Shown here one piece after another: positions 17,462 through 25,887 of a stretch of DNA of 27,338 nt. The stretch is from a virus. Lineage: Duplodnaviria > Heunggongvirae > Uroviricota > Caudoviricetes. How positions within the stretch are numbered: position 1 is the stretch's first letter; each line of letters starts with the position of its first letter. Where the stretch lies: IMG/VR virus record IMGVR_UViG_2585427755_000009; one strand, 5' to 3'. The notes under the pieces are model-generated. The model was not told where the DNA came from. It did no database searches and saw only the letters and a list, made by a program, of their open reading frames with translations. Both the position numbers and the translations under genes were made by a program.

Positions 17462-17926
17462 ATGAAGTTTGTTGCGCCAGAACAGGCACCGGAACAGGCG
17501 GAAATCATCAGAAACACGCCGTTCTGGCCTGATGTGGACCTGTCGGAGTTTCGCAGTGTCATGCGCACTGACGGCACGGTGACGCAGCCGCGTTTAAAGC
17601 AGGTTGCGCTGTCGGCAATTTCGGAGGTCAACGCAGAGCTGTATGAGTTTCGCAGACGCCAGCAGATGCTGGGGTATGTGTCGCTGGCTGAGGTTCCGGC
17701 GGAACAGCTGGACGGCAAAAGTGAGCGCATTCAGCACTATTTCAACGCGGTTTACTGCTGGGCACGCGCCATGCTCAACGAACGATACCAGGACTATGAC
17801 GCCACGGCATCCGGTGTGAAGCGAGGCGAGGAACTGGCGGAATCCAGCGGTGATTTGTGGCGTGACGCCCGCTGGGCCATCAGCCGGGTGCAGGATGCGC
17901 CGCACTGCACAGTGGAGCTTATCTGA
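17462..17926 (+). CDS. L: Head completion/stabilisation protein (P2 gpL family)
   Basis: ATG 17462 preceded by AGGAGAAA; 154 aa; its stop overlaps the X start. Confidence 0.8.
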   Translation: MKFVAPEQAPEQAEIIRNTPFWPDVDLSEFRSVMRTDGTVTQPRLKQVALSAISEVNAELYEFRRRQQMLGYVSLAEVPAEQLDGKSERIQHYFNAVYCWARAMLNERYQDYDATASGVKRGEELAESSGDLWRDARWAISRVQDAPHCTVELI

Positions 17927-18129
17927 TGAAAGTGCGTGCGCATCAGTATGACACGGTGGACGCGCTTTGCTGGCGTCATTACGGGCGCACGCAGGGTGTC
18001 ACGGAGCAGGTACTGAAGGCAAATCCGGGGCTTGCCGAATATGGCCCCTTTTTACCTCACGGGCTGCAGGTGGAGCTGCCGGACATTCCGACCACCACCA
18101 CCGTGCAGACCGTCCAGCTATGGGACTGA
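17926..18129 (+). CDS. X: Tail protein X (P2 gpX family)
   Basis: 67 aa, position and size of P2 X. Confidence 0.8.
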   Translation: MKVRAHQYDTVDALCWRHYGRTQGVTEQVLKANPGLAEYGPFLPHGLQVELPDIPTTTTVQTVQLWD

Positions 18130-18132
18130 ATT

Positions 18133-18348
18133 ATGACGCTTGAGCGAATCAGCGCCTTTATCACGTACTGCATCGCAGTTGTGCTGGCCTGGCTGGGCGA
18201 TTTGTCCATCAAGGATGCCTCAACGCTGGGCGGCCTGATGATTGGTGTGCTGATGCTGGCTATCAACTGGTACTACAAACACAAAGCCTACCAGCTTCTG
18301 CGCGACGGGCAGATCTCGCGGGAGGACTATGAATCCATCAATCGTTAA
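18133..18348 (+). CDS. Holin (small, two predicted TM segments)
   Basis: 71 aa with two hydrophobic helices and a charged C-terminus (KHKAYQLLRDGQISREDYESINR), immediately upstream of and overlapping the endolysin gene. Confidence 0.7.
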   Translation: MTLERISAFITYCIAVVLAWLGDLSIKDASTLGGLMIGVLMLAINWYYKHKAYQLLRDGQISREDYESINR

Positions 18349-18844
18349 ACGCTGCCTTGTCGGGGCCGTGCTGGCTATTGCTGCCACGCTGCCGGGTTTT
18401 CAGCAGCTTCACACCTCCGTGGAAGGGCTGAAACTGATTGCCGATTACGAAGGTTGTCGTCTGCAGCCGTATCAGTGCAGCGCGGGTGTCTGGACCGACG
18501 GCATTGGTAATACGTCGGGCGTCATTCCCGGCAAAACCATTACGGAGCGACAGGCAGCAGAAGGGCTGATCTCCAACGTGCTGCGTGTGGAGCGGGCGCT
18601 GGAAAGGTGTGTGAAGCAACAGCCGCCGCAGAAGGTGTATGACGCTGCGGTGTCGTTTGCCTTCAACGTGGGTACGGGCAATGCCTGCAGTTCCACGCTG
18701 GTGAAATTACTCAATCAGCGGCGCTGGGCGGATGCATGCCGACAGTTGCCGCGCTGGGTTTATGTGAAAGGTGTTTTTAATCAGGGGCTGGATAACCGCC
18801 GTGCGCGGGAGATGGCCTGGTGCCTTAAAGGAGCTGGACTATGA
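18329..18844 (+). CDS. Endolysin, lysozyme-like with N-terminal SAR (signal-anchor-release) segment
   Basis: Gly/Ala-rich weakly hydrophobic N-terminus (CLVGAVLAIAATLPG) followed by an E...D...T catalytic arrangement (ADYEG...WTDGIGNT) typical of phage T4-type SAR lysozymes. Confidence 0.8.
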   Translation: MNPSIVKRCLVGAVLAIAATLPGFQQLHTSVEGLKLIADYEGCRLQPYQCSAGVWTDGIGNTSGVIPGKTITERQAAEGLISNVLRVERALERCVKQQPPQKVYDAAVSFAFNVGTGNACSSTLVKLLNQRRWADACRQLPRWVYVKGVFNQGLDNRRAREMAWCLKGAGL

Positions 18845-19269
18845 CACGTGCGCTGGCGGTAGTGGCGGCGCTGGCACTCGTTGCGCTGGGCTGGCAGTCG
18901 TGGCGGCTTAACAGCGCCAGCCACACCATCGAAATGCAGCGCGCGGCGCTGAAAAGTAAAGCGCACGAACTAACGAAGAAAAATAGCCAGCTGATCAGTC
19001 TGTCCATTCTGGCTGAAACCAACAATCGGGAGCAGGCGCGGCTCTACGCCGAAGCAGAACAGACCAGTGCACTGCTGAGACAACGACAACGCCGGATTGA
19101 GGAACTGAAACGTGAGAACGAGGATTTACGCCGCTGGGCTGATACTCCTTTGCCTGCTGACATTATCCGGCTGCGGAAACGTCCGGCATTCACCGGAGGT
19201 GCAGCTTACCGTCAGTGGTTGTCCGCGAGTGACGCCGTGTCGGCTGGATCAGGCAACGCCGCGCACTAA
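18841..19269 (+). CDS. Spanin inner-membrane subunit (Rz / LysB-like)
   Basis: N-terminal TM segment (LAVVAALALVALGW) followed by a charged coiled-coil region. Confidence 0.7.
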   Translation: MTRALAVVAALALVALGWQSWRLNSASHTIEMQRAALKSKAHELTKKNSQLISLSILAETNNREQARLYAEAEQTSALLRQRQRRIEELKRENEDLRRWADTPLPADIIRLRKRPAFTGGAAYRQWLSASDAVSAGSGNAAH

Positions 19270-19402
19270 CGGTGATCTGAACGCATTGCTGGATGAAACG
19301 GAAGCCGCCTGGGCGGTCTGTGCAGACAAAGTGGACATGATTATTGCGTGTCAGGAGCGAAACAGTGAACAAACCACAATCCCTGCGCCACGCCCTCAAT
19401 AA
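19112..19402 (+). CDS. Spanin outer-membrane lipoprotein subunit (Rz1 / LysC-like), overlapping the Rz gene in the +1 frame
   Basis: Signal peptide with lipobox LTLSGC, Pro-rich mature part; starts inside Rz in another frame and extends beyond it, as in P2 lysB/lysC. GTG start at 19112. Confidence 0.5.
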   Translation: MRTRIYAAGLILLCLLTLSGCGNVRHSPEVQLTVSGCPRVTPCRLDQATPRTNGDLNALLDETEAAWAVCADKVDMIIACQERNSEQTTIPAPRPQ

Positions 19403-19796
19403 AGCGGTGCCTTATGTCCGCAATAACCCGGACAAACTGCATCTGTTTGTGGATAACGGTTCGCTGGTTGCTACGGGGGCCAGCTCCATGTCATGGGAGT
19501 ACCGTTACACCCTGAACGTGGTGATTGAGGATTTCAGCGGCGACCAGAATCTGCTGATGGCTCCGGTTTTGCTGTGGCTGCGGGATAACCAGCCCGATGC
19601 CATCAATAACCCGGCGTTACGGGAAAAGCTATTCACCTTTGAGGTGGATATTCTGCGCAACGATGTCTGTGATATCAGCCTTAACCTGCAACTGACGGAG
19701 CGTGTGCTGGTCAGCACTGACGGCAGTGTGTCGAGTGTTGAAGCTGTAGCGGAACCCGATGAACCTGAAGAAATGTGGACGGTGAAACGTGGCTGA
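19365..19796 (+). CDS. R: Tail completion protein (P2 gpR family)
   Basis: GTG 19365 preceded by AGGAG (7-nt spacer); about 143 aa; the track start at 19344 is TTG. Confidence 0.8.
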   Translation: MNKPQSLRHALNKAVPYVRNNPDKLHLFVDNGSLVATGASSMSWEYRYTLNVVIEDFSGDQNLLMAPVLLWLRDNQPDAINNPALREKLFTFEVDILRNDVCDISLNLQLTERVLVSTDGSVSSVEAVAEPDEPEEMWTVKRG

Positions 19797-20238
19797 ATTG
19801 CAGAAGGTGGACGACTGGCTGAGTGCCTTGCTGGCGAATCTGGAGCCAGCCGCAAGAAGCCGCATGATGCGCCAACTGGCGCAGGAACTTCGCCGGACAC
19901 AGCAGCAGAATATCAGGATGCAGCGCAACCCTGACGGCAGCAGCTATGAACCGCGACGGGTAACAGCACGCAGTAAAAAAGGCCGTATCAAACGTCAGAT
20001 GTTTGCAAAGCTGCGCACCACAAAATACCTGAAAACTGCCGCCAGCACCGACTCTGCCAGCGTGCAGTTTGAAGGCAAGGTGCAGCGCATTGCCCGCGTT
20101 CATCACTACGGCCTGCGCGATCGTGTCAGTCGTAAGGGACCGGAGGTCCGTTACGCAGAGCGTCGCCTGCTGGGTGTAAATGATGATGTTGAAGCAAATA
20201 TCCGTGATATTTTGCTACGTTGGCTAAGCCAATATTAA
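19789..20238 (+). CDS. S: Tail completion / virion morphogenesis protein (P2 gpS family)
   Basis: 149 aa, GTG start overlapping the R stop; P2 R-S synteny. Confidence 0.8.
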   Translation: MAELQKVDDWLSALLANLEPAARSRMMRQLAQELRRTQQQNIRMQRNPDGSSYEPRRVTARSKKGRIKRQMFAKLRTTKYLKTAASTDSASVQFEGKVQRIARVHHYGLRDRVSRKGPEVRYAERRLLGVNDDVEANIRDILLRWLSQY

Positions 20239-20239
20239 T

Positions 20240-20935
20240 TCATGTCAAATATTGATAACTTTTATCAATTTCAAGTTTGTGAAATTTGGTTATCTTTGAA
20301 TCAATGTATAAATCTATGAACATTGCTATCCCTATCATAAATATAAATAGAATGCTTAAATAAATAATGGGGGTGGCAATCATAATTGTAAATTTGTTCT
20401 TGTCTGTAGTTTTTGCTAACTCTTCTTTCTTTTCAGGAATTAGCAAGTAGCTACAAATGAAATCTTTTGTGGCTTGTTGGATTGAAGTGATCTTATCAAG
20501 CTGTGACTTGTCAACACATACATCTGGTGTGATATTCCATTCAGATGTGTATGGTATGTTTTGTGCGTGTTCTGGTTTCATCCAAAAGGAATCTTTTGTT
20601 TCTCTATGTGTGATTTCAACCCAATTTACGGGTTCTTTGGCGATGAAATAGGTAAATTTATAAAAACAAAGTGCTGAGGTCATAATGACTGCAATTCCAA
20701 ATGAGACGATAAATATTTTATGTTTTTTAATATGGGGTTTTGTGCTTAACTTATATTTGCAAAGACTAAGTCTAATAATTGGCTTTGATATTCCAATCTT
20801 TGATATCAAAAAGTCTTCTTCTGGATAGGATGTGTTTAACCATGACCAAAAAGCTGAGATGCCACCTATAAGCCATTTAAATATAAGACCACCAATGGCC
20901 GTAGCTAAAAATGTATTTATTTTATCGATTTCCAT
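20240..20935 (-). CDS. Integral membrane protein of unknown function (AT-rich moron between S and V, opposite strand)
   Basis: 231 aa with 3-4 predicted TM helices. Strongly AT-rich, antisense to the late operon; its stop codon is one base from the gpS stop. Confidence 0.6.
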   Translation of the reverse strand: MEIDKINTFLATAIGGLIFKWLIGGISAFWSWLNTSYPEEDFLISKIGISKPIIRLSLCKYKLSTKPHIKKHKIFIVSFGIAVIMTSALCFYKFTYFIAKEPVNWVEITHRETKDSFWMKPEHAQNIPYTSEWNITPDVCVDKSQLDKITSIQQATKDFICSYLLIPEKKEELAKTTDKNKFTIMIATPIIYLSILFIFMIGIAMFIDLYIDSKITKFHKLEIDKSYQYLT

Positions 20936-20971
20936 ATAGATCCCCTTTTGGTTGAGCTATCTGGGATTATA

Positions 20972-20989
20972 TGTATGAGAGACAGAACA
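20972..20989. promoter_or_regulatory. Candidate late-promoter activator site (TGT-N12-ACA) upstream of baseplate gene V
   Basis: TGTATGAGAGACAGAACA, 47-64 bp upstream of the V start codon, where the P2 V late promoter would be expected. Confidence 0.35.
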
Positions 20990-21035
20990 ATGAAGCGAGG
21001 TTCGTTAAAATAGGAATCACGGGCATTCTTTCTTC

Positions 21036-21614
21036 ATGAATGCACAATTAACCGAAATTATGCGCCTTATCACCAACCTGATCCGCACTGGTGTAGTCAC
21101 CGAAGTGGACCGGGAAAACTGGCTTTGCCGGGTGAAAACGGGCGACCTTGAAACCAACTGGATTAACTGGCTGACGCTGCGCGCGGGTAATGCCCGCACA
21201 TGGTGGAAACCATCGGAAGGTGAGCAGGTGGTGCTGCTGAGTCTGGGCGGCAATCTGGAAACCGCCTTTGCGTTACCCGCCATCTATTCGAATCAGTTCG
21301 CGCCACCGTCGACGTCGGCGGACGCCTGCGTGACAGAACATCCTGACGGTGGCTGGTTTGAATACGAACCCGCCACTGGGCGCTGGTATGTCAGGGGCAT
21401 CAAATCAATGGTCATTGAGGCCGCTGACAACATCACCATGAAAACCAGTGAGTTTGTACTGGAGACTGACCGCACGCGCATTAACAGTGAAGTGGTGATC
21501 AATGGTGGCGTTACCCAGGGCGGCGGAGCGATGAGTTCTAACGGGATCGTGGTTGATGCGCATCAGCATACTGGCGTCCTGAAAGGCGGCGATACAACCG
21601 GAGGCCCGGTATGA
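21036..21614 (+). CDS. V: Baseplate assembly / spike protein (P2 gpV family)
   Basis: 192 aa with a Gly-rich C-terminus; first gene of the V-W-J-I-H-G block. Confidence 0.85.
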   Translation: MNAQLTEIMRLITNLIRTGVVTEVDRENWLCRVKTGDLETNWINWLTLRAGNARTWWKPSEGEQVVLLSLGGNLETAFALPAIYSNQFAPPSTSADACVTEHPDGGWFEYEPATGRWYVRGIKSMVIEAADNITMKTSEFVLETDRTRINSEVVINGGVTQGGGAMSSNGIVVDAHQHTGVLKGGDTTGGPV

Positions 21615-21970
21615 CGCTTTATATCGGGATGAACAATACCAGCGGTAAAGCCATTACTGATATTGACCATCTGCGTCAGTCGGTGCGGGACATTCTACTG
21701 ACACCGCAGGGTAGCCGCATTGCCCGTCGTGAATATGGTTCCCTGCTGTCGACACTGATAGACCAGCCACAAAATCCGGTATTACGCCTGCAGGTCATGT
21801 CGGCAGTGTATGTGGCGCTGAGTCGCTGGGAGCCACGGCTGACGCTGGATTCCATCACCATCAACAGCAATTTTGACGGTTCAATGGTGGTGGAGCTGAC
21901 CGGGCGGCGTAATAACGGTGTGCCTGTTTCCCTTTCCGTATCAACAGGAGCAGAGAATGGCAGTGATTGA
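21611..21970 (+). CDS. W: Baseplate protein W (GPW/gp25 family)
   Basis: 119 aa, overlaps the V stop. Confidence 0.85.
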   Translation: MTLYIGMNNTSGKAITDIDHLRQSVRDILLTPQGSRIARREYGSLLSTLIDQPQNPVLRLQVMSAVYVALSRWEPRLTLDSITINSNFDGSMVVELTGRRNNGVPVSLSVSTGAENGSD

Positions 21971-22865
21971 CCTTTCGCAGTTGCCTGCGCCGCAGATTGT
22001 GGATGTGCCGGACTTTGAGACGCTGCTTGCCGAACGCAAGGCAGAATTTGTGGCGCTTCATCCGAAAGATGAGCAGGAAGCAGTGATCCGCACGCTGGAA
22101 CTGGAATCTGAACCCGTCACCAAATTGCTGCAGGAGAACGCTTACCGTGAGTTGCTTCTGCGCCAGCGCATTAACGAAGCCGCGCAGGCTGTGATGGTGG
22201 CTTACGCGATGGGCAGCGATCTTGACCAGCTCGCTGCCAACTACAACGTGAAACGCCTGACGGTGACGCCTGCTGATAATGACGCTGTGCCGCCCGTTGC
22301 AGCTGTGATGGAAAGCGATGAAGCGTTACGCCTGCGTGTGCCTGCAGCCTTTGAAGGGCTTTCAGTTGCGGGGCCAACTGCAGCTTATGAATTTCATGCC
22401 CGAAGCGCCGACGGTCGGGTGGCGGATGCCAGTGCAACCAGCCCGGCACCTGCAGAGGTGGTGCTGACTGTCCTTAGCCGCGAAGGCGATGGAACTGCAG
22501 AAAAAGACCTGCTGGACGTGGTGGAAAAAGCTCTGAACAGTGAGAACGTCCGCCCAGTGGCTGACCGTCTTACGGTTCGCAGCGCAGAAATCATCCCGTA
22601 TCGCGTGGAAGCCACCATTTTTCTCTATCCTGGACCGGAAGCAGAGCCGGTAATGGCAGCGGCAAAAGCCAGCCTGCAGAAGTACATCGCCAGTCAGACG
22701 CGTCTTGGTCGGGATATTCGCCGTAGCGCCATCTTTGCCGCCCTGCATGTTGAGGGTGTGCAGCGTGTGGAGCTGGCTTCTCCTCTGGCGGATGTGGTCC
22801 TGAACAAAACACAGGCGGCATCATGTACGCAGTGGAGCGTAACCAACGGAGGAACGGATGAATAG
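21957..22865 (+). CDS. J: Baseplate protein J (P2 gpJ family)
   Basis: ATG 21957 (MAVIDLSQL...), 302 aa. Confidence 0.85.
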   Translation: MAVIDLSQLPAPQIVDVPDFETLLAERKAEFVALHPKDEQEAVIRTLELESEPVTKLLQENAYRELLLRQRINEAAQAVMVAYAMGSDLDQLAANYNVKRLTVTPADNDAVPPVAAVMESDEALRLRVPAAFEGLSVAGPTAAYEFHARSADGRVADASATSPAPAEVVLTVLSREGDGTAEKDLLDVVEKALNSENVRPVADRLTVRSAEIIPYRVEATIFLYPGPEAEPVMAAAKASLQKYIASQTRLGRDIRRSAIFAALHVEGVQRVELASPLADVVLNKTQAASCTQWSVTNGGTDE

Positions 22866-23463
22866 TCTGCTGCCACCGGGTTCAACACCACTGGAGCGCC
22901 GACTGGCGCAAACCTGCAGCGGGATTTCTGATCTGCAGGTGCCGCTTCGTGACTTGTGGAATCCGGCAACCTGTCCGGTCAGTTTCCTGCCTTATCTCGC
23001 CTGGGCGTTCTCTGTGGATCGCTGGGACGAGGGCTGGACAGAAAGCGTCAAGCGCCAGGTGGTGAAGGATGCTTTTTATATTCATCAGCATAAAGGGACC
23101 ACCAGTGCCGTGCGGCGGGTGGTGGAGCCGTTCGGCTTTCTGATCCGCATTATTGAGTGGTGGCAGACCGGAGAGGCACCGGGCACGTTTCGCCTGGATA
23201 TCGGCGTGCAGGACCATGGCATCACTGAAGATACCTATCTGGAACTTGAGCGACTGATAAGCGATGCCAAACCATGTAGCCGCCACATGATCGGCATGTC
23301 CATCAATCTGCAGACCAGCGGCCCGCATTGGGTGAGAGCCGCCAGCTATCTTGGCGAAGAAATCACGATCTATCCGTATATCAACGAAACAATTATTTCT
23401 GGCGGCACCGCGCATGAAGGCGGAGCGGTCCATGTTATTGACACAATGAGAGTGAATCCATGA
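22858..23463 (+). CDS. I: Baseplate/tail protein I (P2 gpI family)
   Basis: 201 aa between J and the tail-fibre gene. Confidence 0.85.
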   Translation: MNSLLPPGSTPLERRLAQTCSGISDLQVPLRDLWNPATCPVSFLPYLAWAFSVDRWDEGWTESVKRQVVKDAFYIHQHKGTTSAVRRVVEPFGFLIRIIEWWQTGEAPGTFRLDIGVQDHGITEDTYLELERLISDAKPCSRHMIGMSINLQTSGPHWVRAASYLGEEITIYPYINETIISGGTAHEGGAVHVIDTMRVNP

Positions 23464-24860
23464 GCACAAAATTTTATACCCTGCTGACGGATATTGGCGC
23501 GGCGAAACTTGCCAGCGCCGCCGCGCTCGGTGTGCCTTTAAAAATTACCCATATGGCGGTCGGCGATGGCGGCGGAACATTGCCAACGCCGGACGCAAAG
23601 CAGACAGCACTGGTAAATGAGAAACGCCGGGCTGCGCTGAATATGCTCTATATCGACCCGCAGAACAGCAGCCAGATTATTGCTGAACAGGTGATCCCTG
23701 AAAATGAGGGCGGTTGGTGGATACGTGAAGTGGGCCTGTTTGATGAATCCGGGGCATTGATTGCCGTGGGCAACTGCCCGGAAAGCTATAAGCCGCAACT
23801 GGCTGAAGGCAGCGGGCGCACCCAGACCGTGCGCATGGTGCTGATTACCAGCAGTACGGACAATATCACCCTGAAAATCGACCCTGCTGTAGTACTGGCA
23901 ACCCGCAAGTATGTGGATGATAAGACACTGGAGCTGAAGGTGTATGTGGATGACCAAATGGCAAAACACCTTGCCGCAGCGGACCCACATTCACAGTATG
24001 CACCCAAAGAAAGTCCAACGTTTACCGGAACCCCCAAAGCGCCAACGCCAGCGGCGGGGAATAATACCACGCAGGTTGCGACCACTGCATTTGTTCAGGC
24101 GGCACTGACGGCTCTTATTAATGGTGCGCCAGCCACGCTGGACACGCTGAAAGAAATAGCCGTAGCCATTAACAATGATCCGAAATTCAGTACCACCATT
24201 AACAATGCGTTGGCACTGAAAGCGCCGCTGTCGAGTCCGGCACTTACCGGAACGCCAACAGCTCCCACGGCGGCGCAGTCGGTCAACAATACACAGATTG
24301 CCACTACCGCTTTTGTGAAATCGGCAATTGCAGCAATGGTGGGTTCTGCACCTGCGGCACTGGATACGCTGAACGAACTGGCAGCGGCGCTGGGGAATGA
24401 TCCGAACTTTGCCACGACAATGCTTAATGCGCTGTCAGGTAAACAACCGCTGGACAATACGCTTACCAATTTGAGTGGAAAGGATGTAGCTGGTCTTCTC
24501 ACATACCTTGGTTTGGGAGAAGCGGCTAAAAGGAATGTAGGGACAGGGGCGAATCAGATACCTGATATGGGTAGCTTCACGCTTTCTGTTTCAGGTACTG
24601 GATATCAAAAATTACCATCAGGTTTTATTCTTCAGTGGGGCTCAATCGGCGCACCAGGCATTGCACAGGATGTAGTAACCCATTTCCCGATTGCATTTCC
24701 AAACAGATGTCTGCGTGTTTTGGTCTCACAAGACTACACACCAGATAGCGGGGCTGTTGGTTATATTGCCTGTGCAGGTTTTAGTCCCGACCCGGTTAAA
24801 TTTATATCCAGAGCCAGTACTCCTGGCCTCGGCGCTTCATTTTTAGCGTTAGGCTGTTAA
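23460..24860 (+). CDS. H: Tail fibre protein (P2 gpH-like), current C-terminal variant
   Basis: 466 aa; conserved N-terminal region followed by a distinct C-terminal domain after the hix-like site at 24496-24521. Confidence 0.85.
   Translation: MSTKFYTLLTDIGAAKLASAAALGVPLKITHMAVGDGGGTLPTPDAKQTALVNEKRRAALNMLYIDPQNSSQIIAEQVIPENEGGWWIREVGLFDESGALIAVGNCPESYKPQLAEGSGRTQTVRMVLITSSTDNITLKIDPAVVLATRKYVDDKTLELKVYVDDQMAKHLAAADPHSQYAPKESPTFTGTPKAPTPAAGNNTTQVATTAFVQAALTALINGAPATLDTLKEIAVAINNDPKFSTTINNALALKAPLSSPALTGTPTAPTAAQSVNNTQIATTAFVKSAIAAMVGSAPAALDTLNELAAALGNDPNFATTMLNALSGKQPLDNTLTNLSGKDVAGLLTYLGLGEAAKRNVGTGANQIPDMGSFTLSVSGTGYQKLPSGFILQWGSIGAPGIAQDVVTHFPIAFPNRCLRVLVSQDYTPDSGAVGYIACAGFSPDPVKFISRASTPGLGASFLALGC
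23514..24522. repeat. Left arm of a perfect inverted repeat of at least 1,009 bp (tail-fibre constant region)
   Basis: Reverse complement of 26330-27338; proteins in all reading frames across the two arms are identical in the ORF track. The repeat reaches the window edge, so the outer limit is unknown. Confidence 0.85.
24496..24521. promoter_or_regulatory. Hin/Gin/Cin-type inversion crossover site (hix/gix-like), left copy
   Basis: TTCTCACATACCTTGGTTTGGGAGAA; its reverse complement TTCTCCCAAACCAAGGTATGTGAGAA matches hixL as I recall it (TTCTTGAAAACCAAGGTTTTTGATAA) at the core AAACCAAGGT and the TTCT/GAA ends. It sits exactly where tail-fibre identity ends. Confidence 0.5.
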
Positions 24861-24881
24861 TTTAGCTATATGGAGTGAAAA

Positions 24882-25322
24882 ATGAATTACATATATTCCG
24901 CGACTACAAACTCTTTCTATCCGCTGGAGATGAAAGAGGATTACACTCAAGCTGACTCATGGCCAGATGATGCTGTTGAAGTTGATGAGCAAGTGTATAT
25001 TGAGTTTTCCGGATTACCGCCGAAAGGAAAAATCCGTATCGCTGGAGAAAATGGTTTTCCTGCATGGTCTGAAATTCCACCACCAACACATGAGGAACAA
25101 ATTGCTGCAGCCGAATTGGAGAAGCAGCAATTGATTAATCAGGCCAACGATTATATGAACAGTAAACAATGGCCTGGTAAAGCGGCTATTGGTCGTCTGA
25201 AAGGTGAGGAACTGGCGCAATATAATTTGTGGCTGGATTATCTGGACGCACTGGAACTGGTTGATACCTCCAGTGCTCCAGATATTGAATGGCCTACGCC
25301 TCCGGCAGTTCAGGCCAGATGA
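24882..25322 (+). CDS. G: Tail fibre assembly chaperone (P2 gpG / Mu U family)
   Basis: 146 aa immediately after H; conserved C-terminal DxxxxWP motif region (APDIEWPTPP). Confidence 0.8.
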   Translation: MNYIYSATTNSFYPLEMKEDYTQADSWPDDAVEVDEQVYIEFSGLPPKGKIRIAGENGFPAWSEIPPPTHEEQIAAAELEKQQLINQANDYMNSKQWPGKAAIGRLKGEELAQYNLWLDYLDALELVDTSSAPDIEWPTPPAVQAR

Positions 25323-25887
25323 CATCCGGCGCGGTGCTGGTATCTGTTGCCGTCACCGCGTCAATGTAATCCAGCACAGCGTTAAGTCTGGTTGTTTCTG
25401 CCTGCGTCAGTTTACGTTCGGCCTGTAATTTCAGCTGAATCAGACTAATGGAAGCCATTGCTGCATCAATCAGTGACTGGCGCTGTGCTTCTGCCGCTTC
25501 TACTGCGGCACCGTGTTGTGCCTCAGTATCTGTCACCCATTTCTTACCATCCCATTTATCATATGGCGTTAACGGTGAAAGCGTGACATAACCGTTTTTG
25601 ATGGCACCGATATAATCCACTGTAACAGCAGCACCATTTTCGATTGAGTAAACAGTCTCATTGCGATGGTCTTCTTCATGGCTCCATCCCTTACCTGTAA
25701 ATACTGCCACTCTTCCCGGAATGTTTTCGCCAGGGTCAATTCCAGTGGAACAGGCGGGCATACTTACGCCAGTATTAATATATTCATCAGACCAGCCCGT
25801 ATACTCAGATGTTTCAGCATCATAATAAAAACAACGCATATCGCCCGGCACTGTAGCCAGCCCATTTTTATCAAAAACAGGTTTCAT
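25294..25887 (-). CDS. Alternative tail fibre assembly chaperone (G'), convergent with G
   Basis: 197 aa on the minus strand after H'; C-terminus APDVIWPELP parallels the G C-terminus; the 3' ends of G and G' overlap by 29 bp. Confidence 0.75.
   Translation of the reverse strand: MKPVFDKNGLATVPGDMRCFYYDAETSEYTGWSDEYINTGVSMPACSTGIDPGENIPGRVAVFTGKGWSHEEDHRNETVYSIENGAAVTVDYIGAIKNGYVTLSPLTPYDKWDGKKWVTDTEAQHGAAVEAAEAQRQSLIDAAMASISLIQLKLQAERKLTQAETTRLNAVLDYIDAVTATDTSTAPDVIWPELPEA

Noticed and set aside
23538-24502. Minus-strand ORFs inside tail-fibre H (150, 99 and 135 aa) and their mirror copies on the plus strand at 26212-27314
   Set aside because: They are antisense frames of the Ala/Thr-rich tail-fibre constant region and occur twice only because of the inverted repeat.
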